The position numbers were made by a program, and so were the translations under genes. This document shows positions 1-10,395 of a stretch of DNA of 64,000 nt, in pieces. Every line of letters begins with the position of its first letter. Positions within the stretch are counted from its first letter, which is position 1. The notes below the pieces were generated by a model, which worked only from the letters and a program-made list of their open reading frames with translations, made no database searches and was not told where the DNA came from. Source of the stretch: an uncultured bacterium (lineage in GTDB: Bacteria > Oederibacteriota > PGYV01 > CAWJRG01); NCBI GenBank assembly GCA_963845185.1, contig CAWJRG010000005.1:352001-416000 (forward strand), in the 5' to 3' direction.

Positions 1-224
1 GACCTGTCAAGCCCGCCGGGAGTCTGCATAACTATCACCACTCCGGCAGCTCCGTCTTTCTCAGCCAGGTCCGTCCCTTTAATTACATAATCCGCATTTG
101 CAGCATCTATAATGCCCTCCACATGAAGGACATAAAATACCGGTTGTATTTTTTGTTCTACCGCTGCAGCCATGCAGGACAGCATGAAAATTCCCAGCAG
201 TATTATTAAGAATATTTTTTTCAT
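1..224 (-). CDS. nfeD: NfeD-family membrane-bound ClpP-class protease, N-terminal part (runs off the window edge)
   Basis: Hand translation MKKIFLIILLGIF...VLHVEGIIDAANADYVIKG...VVIVMQTPGGLDR carries the NfeD TPGGL motif; GAGGTG RBS upstream; not in the ORF track. Confidence 0.8.
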   Translation of the reverse strand, partial: MKKIFLIILLGIFMLSCMAAAVEQKIQPVFYVLHVEGIIDAANADYVIKGTDLAEKDGAAGVVIVMQTPGGLDR

Positions 225-284
225 TTTTCACCTCTGCATCATTATTCCACACGCAAATTTATTAAGCAATAATATTATCAAATG

Positions 285-863
285 CTACTTTTTCAAATGC
301 TTGCTTCCCCTTTTTGTTATCGGAATTCCGTTTTTGCACTGCTGGCAGGCATCAGGTTCGTATGCGGTCACGTCGATTTTACCGAGAAAATATGTATCCG
401 GTACCCCGAAATCCACTTCCCCTCCGCTCCTGTTAATGAGCGCTCCAACCCCGATTATTTCGCCCTTATATTCCTTTACTTTTTCCACAAGTTCTGCAAC
501 CGAACCTCCGGTAGTCACTATATCTTCCACTATAAGCACTTTTTCGCCTTCATCTATTGAAAAACCCCTGCGTAGGGTTAATTTTCCTTCTTCCCTCTCC
601 ATGAAAATTCCGCGGACATTAAGCTGCCTTGCCGTCTCATAGGCAAGTATTATGCCCCCGACAGCCGCGCCTATGACAACATCGGGTTTTTTGCTTTTAA
701 AGTGTTTTGCTATTTCTTTAGCGAGTTCCGCGGTATACTCAGGATGCTGCAATACAAGGAATTTTTCCAGGTAAATGTTGCTGTGCTTGCCCGATGTCAG
801 CAGGAAATGACCTGCTAGCAGCGCGTTAGATTTTTTAAAAATCTCAATGACTTTTTCTTGCAT
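285..863 (-). CDS. pyrE: orotate phosphoribosyltransferase
   Basis: GHFLLTSGKHS and PRPP-binding VLIVEDIVTTGGS motifs; adjacent to pyrF. Confidence 0.95.
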   Translation of the reverse strand: MQEKVIEIFKKSNALLAGHFLLTSGKHSNIYLEKFLVLQHPEYTAELAKEIAKHFKSKKPDVVIGAAVGGIILAYETARQLNVRGIFMEREEGKLTLRRGFSIDEGEKVLIVEDIVTTGGSVAELVEKVKEYKGEIIGVGALINRSGGEVDFGVPDTYFLGKIDVTAYEPDACQQCKNGIPITKRGSKHLKK

Positions 864-1614
864 GTTTATAACCCTCTTGTATTTGTCTTATTATCTCCAT
901 TATGGTTCCCTGCTTATCTTCAGCCTGCAGTATTGGCCTGCCTACTACTATATAATCAGAACCGTCCCTGATAGCCTCATAAGGAGTCTTTATCCTTTTC
1001 TGGTCGTCTTTATTTATCCTGCCCATCCTTATGCCGGGCGTAACCACGATAAAATCTTTGCCTAATTCTTTTTTGATAATCCTGGTTTCCTCGGGCGAGC
1101 ACACAACGCCGTCTGCGCCTGCTTTTTTTGCCATTTTCGCGAGATGCAATACCATGTCTTTTATCGGCAAATTTATTTTAATGTATTTTTTCAGGTCTTT
1201 GTTCTCATAGCTTGTAAGCATGGTTACCGCAAGCAGCTTCGGCTTTTGAAGCTGGAGCTTGGCCGAGGCTTTTTCCAGGCCTTCTTTCGCGTATTGTATC
1301 ATTTTAGGCCCGCCAAGCGCGTGCACGTTTACCATGTTTATGCCAAGCCTGGCCGCCTCATAGCATGCGTTGTAAACCGTCTGGGGTATGTCATAAAATT
1401 TGGCGTCATAAAAAATTTTGAGGCCCTTGCGCCTTAAGGTCATTACTATTTTCGGCCCTTCTTTTGTAATAAGCTGCAATCCGACCTTGTAAAATTTCAC
1501 GTGTGGCGCCAGTTTATCTATCATGTCATAAGCTAATGCCGTATCATCCACGTCGAGCCCCAGTATGAGCTTTTCCCTCATTTCTGTATAATTCTTATTT
1601 TCCATTGCTGCCAT
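844..1614 (-). CDS. pyrF: orotidine-5'-phosphate decarboxylase
   Basis: KVG, DAKFYDIPQTV, VTPGIR, DDQKR and VVGRPI motifs; GAGGAGG RBS favours ATG at 1614. Confidence 0.95.
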   Translation of the reverse strand: MAAMENKNYTEMREKLILGLDVDDTALAYDMIDKLAPHVKFYKVGLQLITKEGPKIVMTLRRKGLKIFYDAKFYDIPQTVYNACYEAARLGINMVNVHALGGPKMIQYAKEGLEKASAKLQLQKPKLLAVTMLTSYENKDLKKYIKINLPIKDMVLHLAKMAKKAGADGVVCSPEETRIIKKELGKDFIVVTPGIRMGRINKDDQKRIKTPYEAIRDGSDYIVVGRPILQAEDKQGTIMEIIRQIQEGYKHARKSH

Positions 1615-2722
1615 TTCCAACCTCCTCGGCTATGTCTTTTGTTTCAGCCTCAAATAAATCCGGATTAACCGGCTTGCCTACAATAAAAAGCCAGGCGTAT
1701 TCGTATTTTGACTTGCCGTCCTTGCCAAGTGCCGTCATATACCGTGCGTATACGCCTTTTTTCAAAGGCTTGTCGTATGCGTAAGTCAGTTCTTTTGTCT
1801 TGCTGTCATATACGCTGCCTTCAAGTATGTCGCCGGCAGCCTTGAACTTTATGGTTGCAGTATTAAGCTCGGAGTCGTCCACAATCTTCGCCTTCAGTAC
1901 AGGCTTTGTTTCCTCTATTATTGCCCCGTCCTCGGGATATGTATTCTCGATTATAATCGGCTTTTTTTCGAGTATTTCCACGAACTGTTTCATGCTCATG
2001 CCCTGTAAAATCATGGTTCTTTTAAATGCAAACCTGTTTGTGTCTTTCGCGTCCCATGACGCGACTACGCTGAAAGCAGCCTTATAGCCTGCCTTCTTAA
2101 TAATATCAAGTATTGGCATGGAGTAGGCGCCGTAAGGATATGCGTAGGTTTCAACTTTTACTCCATAAAGTTTTTCGAGGTATGACTTGGGCTCGACTAT
2201 CTCGCTTTTTAGCCACTTAATGTAATCAGAGTCATTTTCAAACTCGTCCCTTTTCTTCCCCGGCATTAGTGTGTGCGTATTCGAATGACAGCCTATATCA
2301 AATCCTGCTTTCATCATTTCCCTCACTTCGTTCGGGCTCAGCGCGCTTTTCCCGGAAAAAACCTGATAAATATACAGTACCGGTTTGTACCCGAACTCCT
2401 GCAGTATCGGGAATGCCTTGGTATAAATATTCTTATAACCGTCATCTATCGTCAGCAAAACGGCTCTGTCAGGTATTTCCCCTTTACCGTCAATATAATC
2501 AAGAAAAGTTTTCATTGTGATTACGTTGTAACCGTTGTCTTTTAGATACTGCATCTGCTTTTTTAATGTTTCCGGTGTTATTGCAAAGGCGTCTCTCGCA
2601 TTTTTCGGCTCAAACCTGTGATAGCACAGAACATTTACGGTCTTTATATCGGCAGCAAAAATCACACCAACGGCCATGATAAATAACATCGCCGCAAGTA
2701 AAAATTTTATTGTTTGCTTCAT
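1595..2722 (-). CDS. secreted polysaccharide deacetylase (CE4/NodB-like) with C-terminal Ig-like domain
   Basis: Signal peptide; LCYH, LTIDDGY, HSNTH and AYPYG motifs. Confidence 0.88.
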   Translation of the reverse strand: MKQTIKFLLAAMLFIMAVGVIFAADIKTVNVLCYHRFEPKNARDAFAITPETLKKQMQYLKDNGYNVITMKTFLDYIDGKGEIPDRAVLLTIDDGYKNIYTKAFPILQEFGYKPVLYIYQVFSGKSALSPNEVREMMKAGFDIGCHSNTHTLMPGKKRDEFENDSDYIKWLKSEIVEPKSYLEKLYGVKVETYAYPYGAYSMPILDIIKKAGYKAAFSVVASWDAKDTNRFAFKRTMILQGMSMKQFVEILEKKPIIIENTYPEDGAIIEETKPVLKAKIVDDSELNTATIKFKAAGDILEGSVYDSKTKELTYAYDKPLKKGVYARYMTALGKDGKSKYEYAWLFIVGKPVNPDLFEAETKDIAEEVGNGSNGK

Positions 2723-3357
2723 TAATACTCCTTATCATTTTTTGTAGAGACAGGCCCCTGCGCCTGTCTCGTTGTCAGAGACGGGGACAGGGCCTTGTCT
2801 CTACTTTTTAAATATATTTTCTTCAGCCAGTTCGCTATTTTGCCAAATATTATTCCAAGAATGAATCCCGCCGCAACATCGGAAGGGTAATGCCCGCCTG
2901 TGTATATGCAGAAAAAACCCACAAATAAAACAAAAAGTACGAGTAACGGCCTTGCTTTTTTATAATCTTCCCACAATATCACCGCCATAACCGTTGCCAT
3001 AAAAGTGTGCGTTGAAGGAAAGGAATAACCGTAACCCCTGGTCTTATTCACAAGCAGGTAAGCGTCCCGTATGACAAGGTAAGGCCTCTCGCGTTTAAAA
3101 ATCCTCTTAAGAACAAACGAACTCAGTATATTAGAAATTATTATTACCCATAATGTAAATGCGGCATTAATCCTGCCTTTTAATCCGTTTCTTTTAAGTA
3201 CAAAAAATAAACCGCCAAGTACTAAAACGCATAAAAAAACATCATTGGCGCATATTTTCATTAAACCCGCGGCAAATTCGTTATGCAGTTTTATATTAAT
3301 GAATTTAAAAGCTTCCGTATCCCAGGCCAGTATAGTCTTTTCCATGCTTTCAATCAT
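2722..3357 (-). CDS. PAP2-family membrane phosphatase
   Basis: KRIFKRERP, SFPSTH and GHYPSDV motifs; several hydrophobic segments. Confidence 0.88.
   Translation of the reverse strand: MIESMEKTILAWDTEAFKFINIKLHNEFAAGLMKICANDVFLCVLVLGGLFFVLKRNGLKGRINAAFTLWVIIISNILSSFVLKRIFKRERPYLVIRDAYLLVNKTRGYGYSFPSTHTFMATVMAVILWEDYKKARPLLVLFVLFVGFFCIYTGGHYPSDVAAGFILGIIFGKIANWLKKIYLKSRDKALSPSLTTRQAQGPVSTKNDKEY
2744..2804. repeat. GTAG...CTAC REP-like palindrome with nested hairpin, inside the PAP2 3' end
   Basis: gtagagacaggccc...gggccttgtctctac inverted repeat. Confidence 0.65.
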
Positions 3358-3408
3358 GGGAGTGTATCATGTCATAAAGATACTTTATTTTCATTTGTGC
3401 AGAATTAA

Positions 3409-6400
3409 TTATTGCTGTGGTGCTATCTGCCCATTTGCTGTAAGACGGCTGAAATCATAGAAGTGCAATTTTGCCCCATCATTCTGGTATAAAATTGAAC
3501 CCGCTTCATCAAACTTGCCAATACTCGGAAAAAGGCTCTTTTCAATACTGCCGACATAAACTATGTGCAGATCTTCATCCTTCAGCATGGACGCGAAAGT
3601 ATATATGTCCGGCAGGCTGAATATAAGGTTCGCTGTCCTGTCCCTGCGGGATATTTCGTCACTCCTGCCGCTTTGCTGGCTAACCTGGTATTCCCAGCCT
3701 ACATAAGTCGGCATGCCGGTAAATATTGAAATTCTAGATACGCCGCTGTAAAGCTGCTGCCCAGGCGCTTCAAGAATCGGTTCTATCGTAGGTATGTTGC
3801 TGTTTATCCACTCGATAGCCTGGTAATCATACTTGTCGAAATCACGCGGCGATCCTCCCCTTTGAAGCAGGTTTTGAATATATTTCATTCCGTCTATCCG
3901 GGGAGGCTGCTTGAAACCGTCGCTGCATATGCTCATTTTTGTCAGGCCTCCTATAAACGGGTACATTACGCTTGGCAGCATTACGAATATAAACGCTCCC
4001 ATGAATACGTATTTTCCGATTTTATTTTTCATTATATACAGGACTGACGAAGCCAGTACAAGGACTATTAATGTGAATGTTTGAAAGTAAGGTGTACCGC
4101 TTCTGTCTTCAATAAATTTAAAAACAAAGGCGATTATCAAAAATCCGAGCGCCGTAAGCCATATATTCCGCTCGTCGTCTTTTTTTTGCGCGAAAATCTT
4201 TTTGTATTCCTCTATTATTTTGTACAGAATGTAAGGCAAGCCAACTGACAAAAATACCCATGTTACCATATAGAATTTAAACACTGTATTCATCCTGCCG
4301 TCAGCTATATAAAACACTTCGGTGCCTGTTATTATTGAAAGTGCCACGAGCAGCGAAAGAAGCGAAAACATTTCCTCTTTATCTTTTGTCTTGAAAACCT
4401 GCCATGCCAAGGTTAGCAGCATGAGGAATAAAAACCCAAAAGTGGTTTTTAAAAACATGGCAAGCCCTGCAAACACAACAATGGCTATGACGGAAACCGA
4501 GAATTTAACCGCATATTCCCGGTTGGCGAATATTTTGTCTGCCGCTTTTAAAAAATGCCTTGTGACTTTATCGGCATCAAAACTTTTTAATTTTGTAACG
4601 CCGCTAAACCTGCTTAATTCTTCAATCCCCTTTATCCATATGTTGAGCATGTAGGCAAATATCACGAAGAAAAACACCGAAAAATATTTAAACATTACAA
4701 AAAGCGACACCCATTCGGTTCTCGCGTTAACCTGCGCTACAGTTTTATAAGGTGACTGAAAATTCTTATGAAACGGCAGGAACAAAATATAGGAAACAAC
4801 TATAACCACGACAGACAAAAACAAAGAATCCATTATCAGAATGCTTGAATTTTTTATGTTTTGCGCGGAATCCCTTGATTTTTTCATGTTTGTGGCTGTC
4901 AAATAAGCAACCGCCGCAAAAATAATCACGCCAAAAAGCACCACTGGCGGAAAATTCCACGTGTTCATAGGCAGCATTGATCCCATGGTAACCGCGATTA
5001 CAAGAAAAGTGATCGCCTGTTCTTTCAAGCCTGTCCCAAGATTATTTAAAATATTGGTGGAATTATTATTCGCTTTAATCACGTTGTAAGCAAGCGCAAT
5101 AAACAGCACCGTAACAGGAATAACAATGTTGTGCGCGTGCAAATCCCCGTACAAATAGCTGAAAAAAGGCACCTCGGTTATGACCGGTGTTGGGTATATC
5201 CTCGTGGGGTTCCAGATAAACTCAAACCTGAAAAAATTGTTTAAAAACTGCTGCACATTGGCGCTGCCTGTTATGCTTTCAAAAGTGTAAACAAGCGTGT
5301 GGTAATTTCCTGCCATGGCAAGCAGGAATCCTCCGAGCAATCCGAATTTATATTTGCGGGTAATGTTATAGCACACGCTGAACGCGCCTATAAAGCAAAG
5401 CGCAAAAAGTAAAGCTAAAGACAGGTTGTATGTTATCCTCGGCATGTAACCCAGGATTTTTGACAGTGTGGCGAGCATGAGCTGTCCCCAGTAATAATAA
5501 TTCAAAGTGTATCCCGAAAGCCACGGGTCGTGAGGCGGAAATTTCACGTCGTTGAATATGGCGGAAAGGTACGCCATGCCCATTGGCTCGCCTCCGCCGT
5601 TGTATCCCTGGCCTGCTATATTATGGATATCCGGCGCCCATAACTTGATGATAACGAAAAACATGAAAGCGCCGAGGAATATTGTTTCGTTTATGAGTAT
5701 GTGCCTTGAATTTGACTTTACGTAAGCGAGCATTTCTTTCTTTTTGCCCATGTAATACGCCGCACTCGCAATGCCTGCCGCCAAAAGCAGCAGCCATAAA
5801 TTAAACTGGTAAAAATTCCATACACCAAATGAAACAAAAATCCAGTTTATAAAAGTGAATAAAAACAACCCTGAGATTTTCGAAAGCGCGTAACCTTTAT
5901 CCGGCATATTTTTAAAAATAATAAAATTAAGAGGCAGCGCTACAAACGCTATGAGCTGCACCATTAAATACCACAGGAACACCGAAATCGCAGGCAGTAT
6001 AGCGGCCACTTTGTCCCTGAAAGCCCCCATATTCGGGTTTCCGTAGCCTATTTTTCCGGCAAATTTTTTCTTTACGTTTTCGCTTCCCTCTAAAATCATG
6101 TTTTTTAAAACCGCCGTATCCATGTACTTGTCGTTTTTAAATATAAAAACATGCGGGTGGTCGTAAAGCTGGAAACTCTCGTCCGCTTTGTCATCCTTTA
6201 TATTTATGCCGAAAAGCGACGGATATACTGCCTTTTCGTAAACTCTTTTATATCCAAACTTTTCCGGTTCAGTCATCATTGTATGGTAATAAAAATAGTT
6301 TATCGGGTACCTTTCCGGTATCCTTAAATAAGTGCCGTATGCGCGCTTGTCCGCCATCATTACATAATCGGTCTTTGAAAGCTTGTCGGAAAGATCGTCA

Positions 6401-7920
6401 AGCTTCCTTGGCGAATCCGGCTCCTGCAAAGCCCACTGGGAATTCTGGTATCCTGGGGCAGGCCGGCCTTCCACGCCTGTGGGCAGGTCGTCTCCCCACA
6501 TCTCGTTTAATATTATTGTCTGCCTTGTGGCCGGCATGGGCGGGAGCGGTATAGGCTTGCCGTGCTTGTCGAGCTGCACTGGCCTGTTGTCTACCACGGG
6601 CATTGTGCCAGGAACGTGGTCGTATATCCACGTGGACGCCTGTATCCATGTATGCGAGTTGAAATACACATTCATGAAAGCCACGCCGTAAAATATGGCT
6701 CCCGCTGCCACAATAAACCTTAAAGTTGCCGCCCATTTCTTGTCTTTCACCCACCCGTAAAAATCATAAATTAATTTTGCGGTAAGAATTGCCAGAAAAG
6801 GCGTCATTGGCAGCATGTACCTGTTGAATTTTCCGTATGACTTTCCTACTATAAAAAAATATGGCACGAGCCACGCCATGATAATAAGTATTTCCATGCT
6901 TATTTTTTTGCCGCGCCTGAAGTCCGCTATAAGCATTGTCAAATAGAATAGAAAAGCAAATACCGCGGCAGTGCCGTAAGGTATGCCCATTGTGTAAAGT
7001 ATCAGGTTTTTAAAAAAGAAAAGGTAAGGGGTTGTGTTTATGTACTGCCTGTTGTAAGGGACGTCTGCTTCCCCTGTAACGAGTATCCTTTGCTGTTCGC
7101 TCTGCTGCGCCAGAAATTTGCTATGGTCCAGGATCGCGTAAGGCATGAAAAGGAAAAAAGCGATGGCTGTGCAGGCAATGGTAATGCCAAGGTTAATCCA
7201 CGACTCCTGCCTTTTCGCCTTCGCCGATGCTGTATTGCCCTTTATCGACAGTAAATATAAAATATGCCCCACCAGTATCGCAGCAACCGCAGGTAATGCC
7301 GATGTTTTTGATGCGATAGCAGCAGCATAAAAAACGCCGGCAAGTATGTAATCAAGCATTTTTCCATATTTGTAAATGCGCGCTGAAAAATACAGGGTGG
7401 CCACGACAAAAAGCGTGAGAAAGGTATCAACTGTAAAAAAATGCGCCGAGTGTATATGAAGCGGGGTAAAAGCCAGAAGCAAAGAAGCCAGCAGTGCTAT
7501 GCGGTTACCGAAAAGCAGCGCGGCAAGCATAAAAATTAAAATAATTGTACCTGCGTCGACAATCCCCGAAAATGCTCTTGCTCCCGTTATCACAGCCCTG
7601 CCCATGTCAATCCTTGAACCAAAAAGGCCCTTATTCAGAGTGTCAAGCCCGTCCCTGTATATTGAAAGCAGGTACAGCGGCAGTGACCCGTATTGCAGGC
7701 CGCTTGGTTCCTTGCCGACATGCAGTGATGCCACTGCATCGCTCACTATCCATCTCTCATCCGGATGGAACTGCCTTGTCTGGTACCAGTCCGGCTGGTA
7801 AAGCCTCATGAAAAGCGCTATAAGCATGATTATTCCCAGCCAGAAATAATGCGGGTTGGTTTTTAAAAACGCAAATACTTTGTTTGGCTTGCGCGGTTTT
7901 ATTTGTTTTCTTTTGGCCAT
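3409..7920 (-). CDS. large membrane protein: N-terminal GT39/PMT-like GT-C domain fused to DUF2298 (Chlor_Arch_YYY) domain
   Basis: FHPDE, AHFFTVD and LYDHP motifs; FPPHDPWLSGYTLNYYYWG, GDLHAH, MNTVFKFY; many TM segments. Confidence 0.85.
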   Translation of the reverse strand: MAKRKQIKPRKPNKVFAFLKTNPHYFWLGIIMLIALFMRLYQPDWYQTRQFHPDERWIVSDAVASLHVGKEPSGLQYGSLPLYLLSIYRDGLDTLNKGLFGSRIDMGRAVITGARAFSGIVDAGTIILIFMLAALLFGNRIALLASLLLAFTPLHIHSAHFFTVDTFLTLFVVATLYFSARIYKYGKMLDYILAGVFYAAAIASKTSALPAVAAILVGHILYLLSIKGNTASAKAKRQESWINLGITIACTAIAFFLFMPYAILDHSKFLAQQSEQQRILVTGEADVPYNRQYINTTPYLFFFKNLILYTMGIPYGTAAVFAFLFYLTMLIADFRRGKKISMEILIIMAWLVPYFFIVGKSYGKFNRYMLPMTPFLAILTAKLIYDFYGWVKDKKWAATLRFIVAAGAIFYGVAFMNVYFNSHTWIQASTWIYDHVPGTMPVVDNRPVQLDKHGKPIPLPPMPATRQTIILNEMWGDDLPTGVEGRPAPGYQNSQWALQEPDSPRKLDDLSDKLSKTDYVMMADKRAYGTYLRIPERYPINYFYYHTMMTEPEKFGYKRVYEKAVYPSLFGINIKDDKADESFQLYDHPHVFIFKNDKYMDTAVLKNMILEGSENVKKKFAGKIGYGNPNMGAFRDKVAAILPAISVFLWYLMVQLIAFVALPLNFIIFKNMPDKGYALSKISGLFLFTFINWIFVSFGVWNFYQFNLWLLLLAAGIASAAYYMGKKKEMLAYVKSNSRHILINETIFLGAFMFFVIIKLWAPDIHNIAGQGYNGGGEPMGMAYLSAIFNDVKFPPHDPWLSGYTLNYYYWGQLMLATLSKILGYMPRITYNLSLALLFALCFIGAFSVCYNITRKYKFGLLGGFLLAMAGNYHTLVYTFESITGSANVQQFLNNFFRFEFIWNPTRIYPTPVITEVPFFSYLYGDLHAHNIVIPVTVLFIALAYNVIKANNNSTNILNNLGTGLKEQAITFLVIAVTMGSMLPMNTWNFPPVVLFGVIIFAAVAYLTATNMKKSRDSAQNIKNSSILIMDSLFLSVVVIVVSYILFLPFHKNFQSPYKTVAQVNARTEWVSLFVMFKYFSVFFFVIFAYMLNIWIKGIEELSRFSGVTKLKSFDADKVTRHFLKAADKIFANREYAVKFSVSVIAIVVFAGLAMFLKTTFGFLFLMLLTLAWQVFKTKDKEEMFSLLSLLVALSIITGTEVFYIADGRMNTVFKFYMVTWVFLSVGLPYILYKIIEEYKKIFAQKKDDERNIWLTALGFLIIAFVFKFIEDRSGTPYFQTFTLIVLVLASSVLYIMKNKIGKYVFMGAFIFVMLPSVMYPFIGGLTKMSICSDGFKQPPRIDGMKYIQNLLQRGGSPRDFDKYDYQAIEWINSNIPTIEPILEAPGQQLYSGVSRISIFTGMPTYVGWEYQVSQQSGRSDEISRRDRTANLIFSLPDIYTFASMLKDEDLHIVYVGSIEKSLFPSIGKFDEAGSILYQNDGAKLHFYDFSRLTANGQIAPQQ

Positions 7921-8056
7921 TTATCTTCTCCTGTAATGTGGTTTACCCTTCTCTCCCCCTTGACAAAGGGAAGCCGATGGGTGTTTGTCCATCCTAATAA
8001 TTTTGATTGCCCCTATTTTATCTCATATTCCCTGTAAAAACAATCAGGAAATTGGC

Positions 8057-8329
8057 TTACCCGAACTTGTAATGTTTCTTTACTGCTTTTGATATTACCC
8101 ATGTACAGGATAATCCGGAAGGAAATTCTACCAGGTCCCCTGCGCCGAATTCAACTTCCTCTTCGCTTGTTTTAACTTTTACTTTTCCTTCAAGTAAATA
8201 GCACGTCTCAGGCTCGTCATAGTACCAAGGAAAAGTAGATTCTGCTTTTTCCCAAATTGGCCATGATTTTACTCCCATTTTGTCAAGTTTTGCCTTGTCC
8301 GAATTTTTTTCAACTTTTATCTTTGCCAT
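8057..8329 (-). CDS. cupin (cupin_3/DUF861-like) protein
   Basis: WPIWEK..S.FPWYYDEPETCYLLEGKV...GDLVEFP.GL.CTW. Confidence 0.88.
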   Translation of the reverse strand: MAKIKVEKNSDKAKLDKMGVKSWPIWEKAESTFPWYYDEPETCYLLEGKVKVKTSEEEVEFGAGDLVEFPSGLSCTWVISKAVKKHYKFG

Positions 8330-8340
8330 AAATACCTCCC

Positions 8341-8498
8341 TTGATGATGTTTATTTTGTCAATCTACTGCTAGTCAAATAGTCCTGAGGACTATTTGACG
8401 GTTAGTCTCCGCAAATTATCATATCAAGAACTACCCACAAAATATTACAGCACTCAAGCACCCGGCCAAGTCCCGAGCTTGCTAGGGACGAGAGGTGT
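8341..8498 (-). promoter_or_regulatory. repeated two-hairpin leader element, copy 1 (diverged, with an inserted hairpin)
   Basis: Homologous to 10183-10284, 29440-29535 and 42983-43137; abuts the GGGAGG RBS of the cupin gene. Confidence 0.6.
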
Positions 8499-8502
8499 CT
8501 CT

Positions 8503-10170
8503 TTATTTCTTGCTCTTTTCGTGCATCAGCGTGCATGTAGTCGAGTCAACTATTGTTGCCGGCCCGAAATACTGGATCGGCCCCGGGAACAAATAATCGT
8601 CGTCCATTGCCCATTTTGCCCTGTTTTGCATAAAAACCTTAAACGGCTTGCCGTCCAGGTCAACAAGCGCCTTTTGAATGACAGGCTTGTCCTCGCCTTT
8701 TCTTCTTTCTATATTCATCATCATTGTAAGCGGCGCACCGCCCGCTGTCCATTGCGAGGGTTTCTTTATCAGGTTCTTTACCGATGACATATACCCAGTA
8801 AATCCGTTTAGTATTAAAAGCACAGCATTGTATCCCAGCGCATAGCAGTAATTCGTATCGAAGTTCGTCGGAAAACCGCACCTTCCCTCATATCCGAAGA
8901 AATGTGTTATTGCCGAGAACTTTCCCTTGAATGCGCCTTCCTTTTTCATTTGCCTTAATTTCTTTTCCACCATCTCGACAAGGAGCTTCTCTGTCTCTAT
9001 CTGCGATACCATCACATTGCCGTGCGGGTCCCTGTCGAGAATCAACTGGCTCTCTATATTTTCAGGTATCGACTTCATGAGCTCGGCCAGTCTCGGCTCC
9101 AGTATATTATAAACGTAATTCTTTTTCTCTCGCACCATTTCAAACGCCTTTATTTTCTCCTCGTGCGTTGCCAGCACTTCGTTTAAACTTTTTATAAGTT
9201 CCTTTATTTCAGGTATAAACTCTATCAGCCCTTCGGGCACAAGCGCCACTCCAAAGTTCTTGCCCTTGTCAGACCTTTCCAGTATAACCTCAACTATTGA
9301 ATCTATGACCTGCGCGAGCGTCATCTTTTTTGCAAGCACTTCCTCGCCCACCAGAGCTATGTTCGGCTGGCACTGAAAAGCGACTTCAAGAGTAATGTGC
9401 GAAGCACTCCTGCCCATGAGCCTTATGAAATGCCAGTATTTCTGGGCTGAATTTACATCCCTGCAAATGTTCCCGACAAGTTCCGCGTATATTTTTGTCG
9501 CTGTATCGAACCCGAACGAAGTTTCTATCATATTGTTTTTCAAGTCGCCGTCTATAGTTTTTGGCACGCCTATGACCTGCACTGGCGCCTTTTCTTTCGC
9601 AAAATATTCAGCTAAAAGCGCCGCGTTTGTATTTGAGTCGTCCCCGCCTACCACAACCAGTGCATCTATTTTGTTGTCAAGTAAAGTGCGCTTGCTTTTC
9701 TCAAATTGCTCGGGCGTCTCGATTTTTGTCCTGCCTGATTGTATAAGGTCAAAACCTCCGGTGTTTCTGAATTTATCCATCAAAGCCGCTGTAATTTCCT
9801 TCATTTTTCCGTCTATTATTCCTGACGGCCCGCCCAAAAATCCCATCAGCTTGTTTTTCGGGTTTGCCTTTTTAAGCGCGTCAAAAATTCCTGCTATTAC
9901 GTTATGCCCACCGGCTGCCTGCCCGCCCGATAAAACAACTCCGACTTTTACCGGCTTGCTGTTTAATTTAGGATTCTTGCCTTTTGCAAATACCACAACC
10001 GGCCTGCCGTATATATTCTTGAATATTTTTTCCAGTTTATCGCTGTCGGCTATGCTTTCCGTAGCTGCTCCGGTTTTTGGCTTAATCGAGGAAAACCTGT
10101 TTTTTAAAATTAAAGGCAATTTAGGCTTGTATTTAAGCCTTTGTTTCTGTAACTCTGATAATTTTTCCAT
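8503..10170 (-). CDS. pfp: pyrophosphate-dependent phosphofructokinase (long PPi-PFK)
   Basis: SGGQAAGGHNV, GGDDSNTNAA, PKTIDGD, MGRSASH and FFGYEGR motifs. Confidence 0.95.
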   Translation of the reverse strand: MEKLSELQKQRLKYKPKLPLILKNRFSSIKPKTGAATESIADSDKLEKIFKNIYGRPVVVFAKGKNPKLNSKPVKVGVVLSGGQAAGGHNVIAGIFDALKKANPKNKLMGFLGGPSGIIDGKMKEITAALMDKFRNTGGFDLIQSGRTKIETPEQFEKSKRTLLDNKIDALVVVGGDDSNTNAALLAEYFAKEKAPVQVIGVPKTIDGDLKNNMIETSFGFDTATKIYAELVGNICRDVNSAQKYWHFIRLMGRSASHITLEVAFQCQPNIALVGEEVLAKKMTLAQVIDSIVEVILERSDKGKNFGVALVPEGLIEFIPEIKELIKSLNEVLATHEEKIKAFEMVREKKNYVYNILEPRLAELMKSIPENIESQLILDRDPHGNVMVSQIETEKLLVEMVEKKLRQMKKEGAFKGKFSAITHFFGYEGRCGFPTNFDTNYCYALGYNAVLLILNGFTGYMSSVKNLIKKPSQWTAGGAPLTMMMNIERRKGEDKPVIQKALVDLDGKPFKVFMQNRAKWAMDDDYLFPGPIQYFGPATIVDSTTCTLMHEKSKK

Positions 10171-10182
10171 GGTTTCTCCTTA

Positions 10183-10284
10183 TGATTTCGTTTACTTTGC
10201 CAAGCCGTCAACAGGCGCAGGCAAAGTATTACGAAATCTTATACCCGCTCAAGTCCGAGGCCAATAGCCGAGGACAAGTGGTAT
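10183..10284 (-). promoter_or_regulatory. repeated two-hairpin leader element, copy 2
   Basis: gatttcgtaatactttgcc...ggcaaagtaaacgaaatc immediately before the TAAGGAG RBS of pfp. Confidence 0.7.
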
Positions 10285-10395
10285 TGTTTATTTTAAGAAT
10301 GCATATCCTCAATCCTGTTATGCCTCGCTATTATATAAAAACCAATAGAAATTTCAATTGTTTTTTGGTTGTTGATATCGCTTCCCAAAGCATTG

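Noticed and set aside
9395..10267. 290-aa plus-strand ORF
   Set aside because: Antisense shadow of pfp
10183..10284. c-di-GMP-I or other known riboswitch
   Set aside because: A GGCAAA word is present, but the GNRA tetraloop/receptor and the rest of the consensus are not
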